The notes: generated by a model not told the origin, from the letters alone. A stretch of DNA of 64,000 nucleotides from an uncultured Duodenibacillus sp. (GCA_944390745.1 CALXQK010000012.1:343-64342); one strand, 5' to 3'. Shown: positions 43,591 to 52,389, counted from the stretch's first letter. Program-made: numbers and translations.

Positions 43591-44061
43591 TCAGTACTTG
43601 GCGCCGCACCCGAGGGTTTCGGCCGTCAAATCCTTAAGTCGATAAAGTTTTCCGCCGTAGCGCTTCTGGAATTCCCGCGCCTTGGCTTCATCAGCAAAGG
43701 GGGCAAGCGACGGCCCCATCACGGCCTTCTGGGAGGAGCCGTACACAAACCATGCGTCGGCCGCGTTGAAGAATCCCTCGTTCGAGGGCTTTTTCCAGTC
43801 CTCGCGTCCGGCATCGTGCATCCACAGGGTCTTCGCCTTGCCGGCATTGGCCGCCCATCCGCAGGCTGCGCCACGGGCCGAGCAATACTTGAGAACCGTT
43901 CCGTCGACAAGCTCCACGGCGCCCTTGGGGCCGGGATACTTGGTAATCCACATCGCGCACGACGCGCACTGATCCTGCGCCGTCAGAACCGGCGCGGACC
44001 ATCCCAGGGAGGGCGCAAGCAGCAGGGGGGCGACCATCGCCCCGAAAAGTTTCAGATTCAT
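43591..44061 (-). CDS. nosL: NosL-family copper chaperone (paralogue 1)
   Basis: ATG at 44061 preceded by GGAGGAG. Signal peptide. 'DQCASCAMWIT' and 'VMGPSLAPFADEAKAREFQKRYGG'. Confidence 0.7.
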   Translation of the reverse strand: MNLKLFGAMVAPLLLAPSLGWSAPVLTAQDQCASCAMWITKYPGPKGAVELVDGTVLKYCSARGAACGWAANAGKAKTLWMHDAGREDWKKPSNEGFFNAADAWFVYGSSQKAVMGPSLAPFADEAKAREFQKRYGGKLYRLKDLTAETLGCGAKY

Positions 44062-44131
44062 CGACTCCTCCTTGGAACTGTGCAGGGCGCGTGCCGCGCG
44101 CTGCGAAAGGAATTGCTGATTCCCCGGCAGG

Positions 44132-44158
44132 GGAAGGGGTGGAAGGGGTGGAAGGTGT
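44132..44158. repeat. Tandem 9-bp repeat x3 in the nrfD-like/nosL intercistronic spacer
   Basis: GGAAGGGGT GGAAGGGGT GGAAGGTGT on the plus strand. On the transcript this is ACACCUUCC ACCCCUUCC ACCCCUUCC. Confidence 0.6.
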
Positions 44159-44254
44159 GAAAAAGTGCCCCAGCCGGGCGTGCGCCGAAATCCGGACGCA
44201 CGCTCAGACTGAAGCAGTTGAGGCATCCTGCGGGGGTTCCCGCAGGGCCGGGCA

Positions 44255-45175
44255 CTAGATGCTGTAGAGCTGTCCAGCGTAAAGGATGAACAGACGCAGG
44301 CACATCATGCCCGTCACCGACGCCAGACCCGAGAGGTAGAACGCCGTGGAGTTCTTCGCGCCGCTCAGAAGAATCGGCACGAGGAATCCGACGCCCACCA
44401 CGCCGATCCAGAACTCGGTTGCCCAGGCGCCCGTCGTAAAGGCCTGCGCCGCAGCCTGAGCCGCAGCGTTGCCGCTGATGAGGGCCACCGCGATCATGAA
44501 GATGCAGAGCGCCTCGGCGGCCATGATCGGCCATTCGGCGCCGTGCAGAAGCTTCAGATCGGCCGAGTGCTGATCCGCACCGAACATGCCCGCGGCCACC
44601 ATCTTGGAGGCGGCGGCGCCGGCCGAAAGACCGGAGGCGACGAACAGCGCCGGCAGAACGGCCTGGTTGATCAGCGGGAAGCGGATCAGAGCCGAGATGA
44701 GAAAGCCCGTGTAGGCGCAGATGGTGAGCGCCAGCACCAGCACGATCCACTGCAGACCGCAGCGATGCGCATCAAACCAGCCGATGATTCCGTCAAGGAA
44801 GCCAATCTTGAAGTCATCGCGCAGCGCCACGAGCATCAGGATGCACACGAGCGGGATGTAGCCAAGCAGCGCCATCACGCCCAGACTCATCACGGAGGTC
44901 GGGTTGTAGTAGATGAGAATCCGCCAGAAATTGAGCGGATTGGTCAGGTCGAGCACCAGGCACACCATGCCGAGCACGATGGTCACAAAGCCGATCAGCG
45001 TTGCGGCCTTCAGCAGGGGCGTGTTGTCCCTTGTCTGCCTGCGGTAGAGGTTCATCATGATTGCCGTTGCGACGGCGCCGCCCGAGATGCCTGCCAGAAA
45101 CAGGTAGACGGCGATGGGCCACGGCCAGCTGATGCCCTCACTCAGACCCAGTGTAAAGTTCAACGCGATGTCCAT
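44255..45175 (-). CDS. NrfD/PsrC-family membrane quinol dehydrogenase subunit (MccD/SirD-like)
   Basis: 306-aa ORF with about 8 TM segments. NrfD-type N-terminus 'WPWPIAVYLFLAGISGGA'. It starts 3 nt after the NrfC-like gene. Confidence 0.8.
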   Translation of the reverse strand: MDIALNFTLGLSEGISWPWPIAVYLFLAGISGGAVATAIMMNLYRRQTRDNTPLLKAATLIGFVTIVLGMVCLVLDLTNPLNFWRILIYYNPTSVMSLGVMALLGYIPLVCILMLVALRDDFKIGFLDGIIGWFDAHRCGLQWIVLVLALTICAYTGFLISALIRFPLINQAVLPALFVASGLSAGAAASKMVAAGMFGADQHSADLKLLHGAEWPIMAAEALCIFMIAVALISGNAAAQAAAQAFTTGAWATEFWIGVVGVGFLVPILLSGAKNSTAFYLSGLASVTGMMCLRLFILYAGQLYSI

Positions 45176-45177
45176 CT

Positions 45178-45864
45178 TTACACTCCTTTCTTAACAATGG
45201 GGATGTAGCGCAGCGACGGCTTCGTGCCGAGTTCCGGGCGGATGCGCACGGAATCCTTCACGGCCAGCAGACGGCTGACGTAGGACTTCGGGTCGTTGAT
45301 GTCGCCGAAGATCAGCGCGTCGTACTTGCAGCTCTCCACGCAGGCGGGCTGCTGCTGCTTCTCAAGCCGGGTATGCAGACAGAAGTCGCAGTTGTCGGCG
45401 ACCTTGGTCTCCTCATTGATGAAGCGTGCGTTGTAGGGGCAGGCCACGATGCAGTACTTGCAGCCCACGCACTTCGAGGCGTCCATCGTGACGATGTTCG
45501 TCTTCGGGTCGCGATATGCGGCTCCCGTCGGGCAGACGGTCACGCACGGGGCGTTCTCGCACTGCTGGCAGGAAACACGCACATAGCGGCGCTGGGCCTG
45601 GTAGCCGCGATCGCCCTCGATTCTGTCGCCCTGCAGTTCCAGAATGAGACGCGTGCGGCCCTTGGGCAGCTTGTTGGTCTCATTGCAGGCATCCCTGCAG
45701 TCGCGGCAGCCGACGCACTTGTTCTGGTCAAAGACCATCACATAGTGAGGCTGTTTGCCGTCGCCCGTTTTTCCGCCCGTTCCGCACCCCGCAAGGGGAA
45801 GGACGAGCAGCGAGCTGGCACCGGCACCTAGGAGAAACCTTCTCCTGTCGATTCTTTCGCTCAC
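45178..45864 (-). CDS. NrfC-like Tat-exported four-cluster Fe-S protein (MccC/SirC-like)
   Basis: Tat signal 'MSERIDRRRFLLGAGAS'. 'CVGCRDCRDAC', 'CQQCENAPCVTVCPTGA', 'CVGCKYCIVACPYNA', 'CDFCLH...PACVESCKYDA'. Confidence 0.85.
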   Translation of the reverse strand: MSERIDRRRFLLGAGASSLLVLPLAGCGTGGKTGDGKQPHYVMVFDQNKCVGCRDCRDACNETNKLPKGRTRLILELQGDRIEGDRGYQAQRRYVRVSCQQCENAPCVTVCPTGAAYRDPKTNIVTMDASKCVGCKYCIVACPYNARFINEETKVADNCDFCLHTRLEKQQQPACVESCKYDALIFGDINDPKSYVSRLLAVKDSVRIRPELGTKPSLRYIPIVKKGV

Positions 45865-45918
45865 ATTTTTCTCCAGAAGCGAATCCCGCTGCGATGCAGC
45901 TGCAGCCGGATCCGCCGA

Positions 45919-46584
45919 TTAGTCTTGCTGTCGAGCTCTCGACTCGGCGTTGGCAATGGCATTGCGAAGCGCTCTTGTCTGCGCGGGGGCTGCGCCCGAA
46001 TCGAGCAGCATCCTCCACTGGGCGATCGCCTCTTCATAGCGGCCGTTCAGAAACGCGTCCTGCCCAAGCAGCATGCGCGTCTGGACGTCGAGCCTGTTCA
46101 AGGCAAGCGCCTGGTCTGCGGCGGCGCGGGCTTCGCCGGACATCCGGCGCCCGTCGCGGTAGTACAGCGCGTAGGCCGTCTTGCCGTAGAGCTCCGCCCG
46201 GGGCCCCGACAGCCCGATGGCCGCACGGTAGTCCTCGACGGCCTCCCGGTAAAAGCCCGCCTCAAGGTGGGCGTCTCCGAGCGCAACTCTTGCCGCTGCG
46301 CTTTGAGGGGCCATCTTCACGCGCCGCTGCGCCTCGGTGATCTGGGTGGTGAGCAGATATCCCACGTCGTGGTTCGTCTTCTCAACCTGCCAGTCAGACC
46401 ACCGGCCGAGCGAGGCGTAGCCCGCCGCACTCAGCACGAAGGTCACGGCCGCGAATGCCGCCATGAACGTTCTTGCGCCCGGTGTTCCCCTGCCCCGCCT
46501 GCGGTAGTCGACCGCAAGCACCGCCGTCCAGCCGAGGCCGACGACAAGCACGAGCACCGTCAATGCGTTCATGCAGTCCGCCAT
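45919..46584 (-). CDS. TPR-repeat protein, NrfG/CcmI-like haem-lyase specificity factor
   Basis: N-terminal TM segment ('ALTVLVLVVGLGWTAVLAV') followed by TPR-like repeats ('ALGDAHLEAGFYREAVEDYRAAIGL', 'GQDAFLNGRYEEAIAQWRMLL'). Confidence 0.6.
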   Translation of the reverse strand: MADCMNALTVLVLVVGLGWTAVLAVDYRRRGRGTPGARTFMAAFAAVTFVLSAAGYASLGRWSDWQVEKTNHDVGYLLTTQITEAQRRVKMAPQSAAARVALGDAHLEAGFYREAVEDYRAAIGLSGPRAELYGKTAYALYYRDGRRMSGEARAAADQALALNRLDVQTRMLLGQDAFLNGRYEEAIAQWRMLLDSGAAPAQTRALRNAIANAESRARQQD

Positions 46585-46608
46585 GTTTTCAAAGAGCGCT
46601 CCCCGTCA

Positions 46609-47376
46609 TTACTGATGGGGATTCTTCATGCCTTCGAGGTTTGCACCGCCGAAGTTCTGATGAGCTCCGACCTTGTCAACCTTGACCAACTCCAGCTCGA
46701 AGACGAGCGGGGATTCCGGAGGAATCTGACCGGCGCCATCAGCCCCGTAGGCGAGGTTGGCGGGGATCGTGAAGCGATAGCGCGATCCCTGGGGCATCAG
46801 GCGGATGCCCTCCTCAAGCCCGGGAATGATGGTCATGAGAACAAACTTCGCAGGCTGCTTGGTCTCATAGGTGCTCTCAAACACCGTGCCGTCCATGAGC
46901 GAACCGACATAGTTGACCGTGACGACGTCCTCGGTCTTTGCCTGCGGACCCGTGCCCTTCTTGAGCACTTCGTACTGCAGGCCGCTCTTGGTGACGACCA
47001 CGCCCTTCTTCTTGGCGTTCTTTGCAAGGAAGTCCTTCGCCTTGGCCGAGTTCTCGGCGGCGATCTTCTTCTTGTGCGCCTCGTAGAGCTTGTTGAGCCC
47101 CTCGGCGCGGGTGTTGAGGAACTTGAGCACGTCGTCGTCGTTCAGCCGGCTCTTGCCGCGCAGCGCTTCTTCAAAGCCCTGCACCACGAGATCCATGTTG
47201 ACCGGCGCACCGAGCTCGGTCTGCTTGAAGATCTGATCGGAGAGGTAATTGCCGACGGAGGCACCCATGCTGTAGGACTCCTTGTCCTGCTGGGTCTGAA
47301 GGCCGGCGGCAAAAGCCGTCGAGCCGGCGAGGAGCGCAGCGCAGGCGCACAGCACAATTTTCTTCATGGCGATCAT
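46609..47376 (-). CDS. Periplasmic FKBP-type peptidyl-prolyl cis-trans isomerase (FkpA/MccB-like)
   Basis: Signal peptide 'MKKIVLCACAALLAGSTAFAAG'. FKBP_C block 'VTVNYVGSLMDGTVFESTY...FVLMTIIPGLEEGIRLMPQGSRYRFTIPANLAYG'. The start is 47376 or 47367. Confidence 0.8.
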   Translation of the reverse strand: MIAMKKIVLCACAALLAGSTAFAAGLQTQQDKESYSMGASVGNYLSDQIFKQTELGAPVNMDLVVQGFEEALRGKSRLNDDDVLKFLNTRAEGLNKLYEAHKKKIAAENSAKAKDFLAKNAKKKGVVVTKSGLQYEVLKKGTGPQAKTEDVVTVNYVGSLMDGTVFESTYETKQPAKFVLMTIIPGLEEGIRLMPQGSRYRFTIPANLAYGADGAGQIPPESPLVFELELVKVDKVGAHQNFGGANLEGMKNPHQ

Positions 47377-47438
47377 CTTTTCTTGTTCATTCTCACGAGG
47401 ACCCGCGAGGATCCGCGCATCCAAGGTCTTCAGGGGGT

Positions 47439-47879
47439 TTAGGGACGCTCGAACTTGTGTCCGGAGAGCTTCCAGCCGTAGATGCCGTCGGGCATCTGCA
47501 TGACGTTGGTGTAGCCGAGCTTCATCACCTCATAGGCGGCGATTTCGCTCGAGCTGCACAGGCGGTTGGCGCAGTAGAAGACGAGCGGCGCGTTCTTGTC
47601 GGCCGGCAGCAGCTTCTTCCAGTTGCCCACGTTGAAGAAGATCGCCCCCGGGATGTACCCGTCAGCCCAGATCTCCAGCGTGTTGACGTCATAGAAGGTC
47701 ACCTCGGGACGCTCGTGCAGCTTTTCGGCCTCAAAGATCGAAATCTGGTGAATGGCCTGGCTGTAGACCGGCGCCTCTTCAATGGGCGCGTCGCCTCCGG
47801 CCATCGCCGGCAGCGCGCACAGCCCCGCAGCGGCAGCCGCCGCCGCACCCGCAAGCAAACCCTTCAGATACGCTTTCAT
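47439..47879 (-). CDS. Periplasmic single-domain rhodanese-like sulfurtransferase
   Basis: Signal peptide 'AAAGLCALPAMAGG'. 'GYIPGAI', active-site loop 'FYCANRLCSSS', 'GYTNVMQMPDGIYGW'. Confidence 0.75.
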   Translation of the reverse strand: MKAYLKGLLAGAAAAAAAGLCALPAMAGGDAPIEEAPVYSQAIHQISIFEAEKLHERPEVTFYDVNTLEIWADGYIPGAIFFNVGNWKKLLPADKNAPLVFYCANRLCSSSEIAAYEVMKLGYTNVMQMPDGIYGWKLSGHKFERP

Positions 47880-48008
47880 GATTCCTTCGTATGTTGGCGG
47901 TCAGTGCCCTGCTCCTTGTCCGGGGCCGAAGCCCGGAGGGGATTCCCTCCGGGCCTGCGGCTTGACAGGGAGATTGCGCTGACAGCGGTTGATTGAGCCG
48001 AAAGCGGC

Positions 48009-50063
48009 TTACTTGGCGTCCTTCTTGGCTTCAACGAGCGGGAAGTCGCCCTTGTCGAGGATCTGCTGAGCCTGCGTGAGATAGGCGTTGGCCGTCTCGG
48101 CGCGAAGCTTCAGGTACTCGGGAGCGTGCACGCCCCAGGAGCCGTCCTTCTCGAGCTGCGTGGTGATGTCCTTGGACTTGTCAAGGAGCATCAGGATCTG
48201 GGTCTTGGCCTCGACCGGGACCTTCGTCACCTCAAGCAGCTTCATGATGCGTTCCTGGCTGGCAACGGCGGCCTTGTAGCCGTCCTTGACCGGGTTCTGC
48301 CATTCCACGACCTCGTCATAGATCTGCTGCTGGTCGGTGTACTGCAGACCCTTCTCGAGCTCGGACAGGAAGGCGCTGTGGCAGCCCTTGTTGTTCACCA
48401 CGCCCTGTTCAGCATTGGCCGTGCGGGCGCAGGACCACATCAGGTCGAGATAGCCGTGGCCTTCGTCATCGCGGGCAATGTGCCAGCCCTTGGAGTTCGA
48501 GGCGCGCGACTGGCCCTCGGCCGGATTCATCATCTTGGCCTTCGGGTCAACCTTGATGTTCCAGAGGTGAGAACGACGGACGGCGTCGAAGCCGGCCATG
48601 TCCGGACGCTGGATGGCCGTGAAGTTCTCGCAGCTCATCGTGAACGGCATATGGCAGTCGATGCAGTCGATGTCGGCATGGGTCTTGGTCTGGGCAACCA
48701 CATCAGCCTGCGTCTCGTGGCAGTCCTGGCAGGTCTTGCGGATGGCGGGCTTGGTGTAGTAGCTCTTCCAGTCGTTGGAGGTGACTTCATGCGGGTCGTG
48801 GCAGGTGACGCAGCGCATGCCCTTTTCATAGTGAACGGACATCATGAGCTGCGAGCCTTCCGTACCGCACGACGGGCAGGAGGACTTCGTCTTCACGTTG
48901 AAGCCCTTTTCAAGCTTGCCCTGTGCAGCCGGGTTCTTCAGGTCGCTTTCGACGAAGTTCGAGCGCTGGTGGCAGCGTTCGCAGTTGGTCTGGAAGCCGT
49001 TGCTTTCAGCACCGATCAGGTGGCCGCCGGCACCGTGGCACTCCTCGCAGGCGATGCCGCGGGAGATGGTGTGCTTCTGCAGTTCCTTCGGATTGCCGAG
49101 AGCGGCAAAGAACTCTTCCTTGGTCTTGAAGTCGAACTTGAAGGCGTGGCAGACCTCGCAGTACGAGCTTGCAGGCTGGAAGAGGAATTCCTTCTCATAG
49201 GACGAGCCGTAGGAGGTCATGCCCCACTGGTGCGAGGCCGAGCCGCCCATGGCCTTCATGTCGGTCGGGAAGTCCGGAATCACCTTCTGGATTTCCTTGG
49301 CGCGCTCCGGGGTGAGCCACTGGGCCCAGCCGCGGGAGAACTGGTTGCCGCCGGCAACGAGCGTGCCCGTGCCGTCGCGCAGCAGACCGTCGCGGATGTG
49401 ATAGGCGCCGCGAACGAGCCAGGCGTCGATGTAGCCGTACTTCGTGCGGGGCGTGCCGACCGTCGCGTAGATCACGTCGGGCGTGATGCCGTCGGGAAGA
49501 ATCGAGGCCTGCGAGCCGTAGAGCTTCTTCTTGAGGTCGTTGTCGACTTCAGGATGCTCGCCCGGGAAGCGGATCGTCTGGGCATGACGGCTTCTCTTCC
49601 ACTTTTCATACTGCACGGCATGGCACTCGCCGCAGCGCTCCGGACCGACGAAGCGGTTCGGGAAGTCGAGAATCGACTTCGCGGCCAGGCGGTACTGGGA
49701 GGCCTTCGGACGACCGCCCGAGAGCTGCGAGTACTTCTGGGCGTTGCCTTCGCCAAGGAACTCGGAGCCGCGGGTGGAAATCTTGTAGACGCCCTTGATG
49801 CGGCCCTCTTCGGCGTACTTGAAGACCGGGTGGTTTTCAAAGAGCCACTCGAAGAGTTCCTTTTCCTGCACGATGTAGTCCTGCAGGGTGCGCACGCCGA
49901 TCGTGCTCTCCGTCGTGGACGGATTGTCAAAAACCTTCTGCGTCAAGGCGTTGAACTGTTTGTTGCCAACGCCAGGAGCATCAGCAGCCTGGGCACCGGC
50001 AGCAACCATGGCCGCCGTGCAAAACAGGGCGCTCGCCGCTGTTTTGATCATTGTTGTTGTCAT
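48009..50063 (-). CDS. mccA: Octahaem cytochrome c sulfite reductase, MccA/SirA type
   Basis: Signal peptide. Seven CXXCH motifs (CGECH, CEVCH, CEECH, CERCH, CVTCH, CQDCH, CIDCH) plus one CX15CH ('[18 protein letters not shown]'). 684 aa. The genomic context of NrfCD-like, FKBP, NosL and a dedicated haem lyase fits the family. Confidence 0.85.
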   Translation of the reverse strand: MTTTMIKTAASALFCTAAMVAAGAQAADAPGVGNKQFNALTQKVFDNPSTTESTIGVRTLQDYIVQEKELFEWLFENHPVFKYAEEGRIKGVYKISTRGSEFLGEGNAQKYSQLSGGRPKASQYRLAAKSILDFPNRFVGPERCGECHAVQYEKWKRSRHAQTIRFPGEHPEVDNDLKKKLYGSQASILPDGITPDVIYATVGTPRTKYGYIDAWLVRGAYHIRDGLLRDGTGTLVAGGNQFSRGWAQWLTPERAKEIQKVIPDFPTDMKAMGGSASHQWGMTSYGSSYEKEFLFQPASSYCEVCHAFKFDFKTKEEFFAALGNPKELQKHTISRGIACEECHGAGGHLIGAESNGFQTNCERCHQRSNFVESDLKNPAAQGKLEKGFNVKTKSSCPSCGTEGSQLMMSVHYEKGMRCVTCHDPHEVTSNDWKSYYTKPAIRKTCQDCHETQADVVAQTKTHADIDCIDCHMPFTMSCENFTAIQRPDMAGFDAVRRSHLWNIKVDPKAKMMNPAEGQSRASNSKGWHIARDDEGHGYLDLMWSCARTANAEQGVVNNKGCHSAFLSELEKGLQYTDQQQIYDEVVEWQNPVKDGYKAAVASQERIMKLLEVTKVPVEAKTQILMLLDKSKDITTQLEKDGSWGVHAPEYLKLRAETANAYLTQAQQILDKGDFPLVEAKKDAK

Positions 50064-50180
50064 CTCAATCTCCTGATTATTCAGGCCTCTTTTGCTTTTC
50101 TTGCGAAAAAAAGAAGCGGCCGCAGACGCACGCTGTCCAAGCGGTTCGTGCGCTTCGGCTACCTTCAGTTTACGTTAAGG

Positions 50181-50213
50181 CTTCAGAAACACTTCAGAAA
50201 CACTTCAGAAACC
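50181..50213 (-). promoter_or_regulatory. Three tandem 11-bp direct repeats upstream of mccA (candidate response-regulator binding sites)
   Basis: CTTCAGAAACA CTTCAGAAACA CTTCAGAAACC on the plus strand, 118-150 bp upstream of the mccA ATG. The spacing is one helical turn. Confidence 0.5.
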
Positions 50214-50544
50214 GCGGAAAACCTTCTCCCGTCATGTCGAAAAGGCAAGACATGACCGCTTGAAACACCCCGGTTTTCCTAGGAAAGAAGAAAAGACGCC
50301 CTCTTTTCCTGCCGCGAAGAAAGAGGCGCAGAATCAGGCGCTTGCAGGACGCTTTTCTTTCGCATCCGCGCAGCAGGCAGCTCCATTTCCTTCTTCTCGG
50401 CTGATGCCTTCGATCGACAAACGTGACCAAAAGCACTACGTATTAGGTATTTACACCTAGGCCTCATGAGGTACAAGGTCTTTTTTACAACACTCCTCTT
50501 TTTTGGGGAGATCACCCCTGCGCCGCATGCAGCGTCAGAACGAA

Positions 50545-50568
50545 GAAACCCGCCTTGCGGCGGGTTTC
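50545..50568 (-). terminator. Rho-independent terminator after the flavocytochrome c gene
   Basis: GAAACCCGCC-ttgc-GGCGGGTTTC perfect 10-bp stem. On the minus strand it is followed by TTCGTTCTG. It lies 27 nt after the stop at 50596. Confidence 0.6.
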
Positions 50569-50595
50569 TGAGCGGCGCGTGAGCAAAGAGGCGGA

Positions 50596-52389
50596 CTACT
50601 TCGCGCTCTTCAGCCCAAGGGCGTACTGCGCGGCATGCTCGCCGCTGCGGCGCCCGAAGACCACCGTGTCGGCGATGGCGTTTCCGCCGAGACGGTTGAA
50701 CCCGTGCACGCCGCCCGTGACTTCACCGGCGGCATAAAGTCCCGGAATCGGCCGGCTCTGGATGTCGAGCAACTCGCTCTGGGGCGTGATTGCCACGCCG
50801 CCCATCGTGTGGTGGATGCCGGGCGCGACGGCAACGGCGTAGTACGGCGCCTTTTCAATGCCAAGCGGCATGTCGGGGCGCCCGAAGGCCTCGTCCTTGC
50901 CCGCCTTGCGGTAGGCGTTGTAGCTGCGGACCGTCCCGGCGAGCGTTGCGGGATCCATCCCGCAGGTCTCGGCAAGCTTTTCAATCGTGTCGGCCTTCTT
51001 GAGCATGCCGAGGTGGTCGTAGCCGCGCACCATCTTGGCCGAGTTGTACAGATCGCTGTCAAAGACAAGCCAGGCGCGACGCTCGGGCTGATGCAGGATG
51101 GCGTCGCTTGCGCGGTCGCGCGTGGTGAGCTCATTGACAAAGCGCGCGCCCTTGATGTTGACCATGATGGCGCCGACGCCGCGCACGGTCTCGCTGATCA
51201 GAATGCGGCTGTCGAGCCCCACGGTCGGATGCGCCTGCACCCAGTCGATGTCGGTCATGCTCGCGCCGATGTTGAGCGCCATCGTGATGCCGTCGCCCGT
51301 GCTCGTCACGTTGTTCGAGCTGGTCATGTTCTTGAAGGTCGGACGGTAGAAGGCAATCATCTGCTTGTTCTGTCCGTAGCCGCCGGTGGCGAGCACCACC
51401 GCGCGGGCGGCGATCTTGTAGTAGCCCGAGTGCTTGCCGTGCACGATGGCTCCGGCAATCTTGAAGTCCTTGTCAAGCAGCAGCTTGACGGCGCGCGAGT
51501 TCACGCGGGCCCCGACGCCCTCCTTGGTCGCCTCGGCGCGCAGCACGTCCACAATGTGCGGACCCACGGACATGCCGCCGTGCGGACGGTGCGTGCGGCT
51601 GACCGTAGCGCCGCCCGAGCGCTTGACGTCCGAGAGGTCCGCTCCCATGTCCTCGAGCCACTTCACGCCCGAGGCGCTCTGCTCGGCGAGAATTCTCACC
51701 AGCTGCGGATCATTCTTGCCGCGGCCGCCCTTCATGGTGTCCTTCACATAGAGGTCCACCGAGTCCTTGATGCCCTTCTTGGCCTGCTGGGGCGTTCCGA
51801 CGGCGTTGTAGCCGCCGGCGGCAAGCATCGAGTTGCCGCCCGCGTAGGCGTGCTTTTCAAGCAGCACCACGCTCGCACCGGCGCGCTTGGCGGCAATGGC
51901 GGCATTGAGTCCGGCCGAGCCCGCCCCGATCACGAGCACGTCGACCGTTTCGCGCGGCGCGGCGGCCTCGGCGGCGGCCACGGCCTTTTCATCAATTCCG
52001 TCGTCCCAGGCCGGCCTTGCGGCTGCATCGGCAAAGGGCATCTTCATGTCGAAGCTGTGGCAGTCGTTGCAGATCAGCTTGGGCTGCGCGTGCCCGGCGT
52101 GGCAGACCGTGCAGTTGATGGGGCTGCGGTCGCTCAGGTGGCTGTTGTGCGGATCAAAGCGCTTGCTCTTGTCGGCAAGCTTCTTGTAGTCGCCGTGGCA
52201 GGTCATGCACTTGCCGTTGATGTCGATCTCATCGTCGGGCACGTCGGCGGCCGTCACGGAACTGGCGCCGTGGCAGGTCTGGCAGCCTCCGAGCTTGTTG
52301 TGAAAGGAGGCCAGGTCCTCGGCGCCGGCTGCCGCCGCACCAAGCGACAGAAGAGCCGAAAGCACGAGCGCGGCTGCGGGTTTCATCAT
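50596..52389 (-). CDS. Periplasmic flavocytochrome c (tetrahaem + FAD), fumarate/2-enoate reductase family
   Basis: ATG at 52389 with AGGAG upstream. Signal peptide. CQTCH, CMTCH, CTVCH, CNDCH. 'VLVIGAGSAGLNAAIAA'. Catalytic-type blocks 'ISETVRGVGA', 'HHTMGGV' and 'GEVTGGVHGFNRLGGNA'. Confidence 0.85.
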   Translation of the reverse strand: MMKPAAALVLSALLSLGAAAAGAEDLASFHNKLGGCQTCHGASSVTAADVPDDEIDINGKCMTCHGDYKKLADKSKRFDPHNSHLSDRSPINCTVCHAGHAQPKLICNDCHSFDMKMPFADAAARPAWDDGIDEKAVAAAEAAAPRETVDVLVIGAGSAGLNAAIAAKRAGASVVLLEKHAYAGGNSMLAAGGYNAVGTPQQAKKGIKDSVDLYVKDTMKGGRGKNDPQLVRILAEQSASGVKWLEDMGADLSDVKRSGGATVSRTHRPHGGMSVGPHIVDVLRAEATKEGVGARVNSRAVKLLLDKDFKIAGAIVHGKHSGYYKIAARAVVLATGGYGQNKQMIAFYRPTFKNMTSSNNVTSTGDGITMALNIGASMTDIDWVQAHPTVGLDSRILISETVRGVGAIMVNIKGARFVNELTTRDRASDAILHQPERRAWLVFDSDLYNSAKMVRGYDHLGMLKKADTIEKLAETCGMDPATLAGTVRSYNAYRKAGKDEAFGRPDMPLGIEKAPYYAVAVAPGIHHTMGGVAITPQSELLDIQSRPIPGLYAAGEVTGGVHGFNRLGGNAIADTVVFGRRSGEHAAQYALGLKSAK

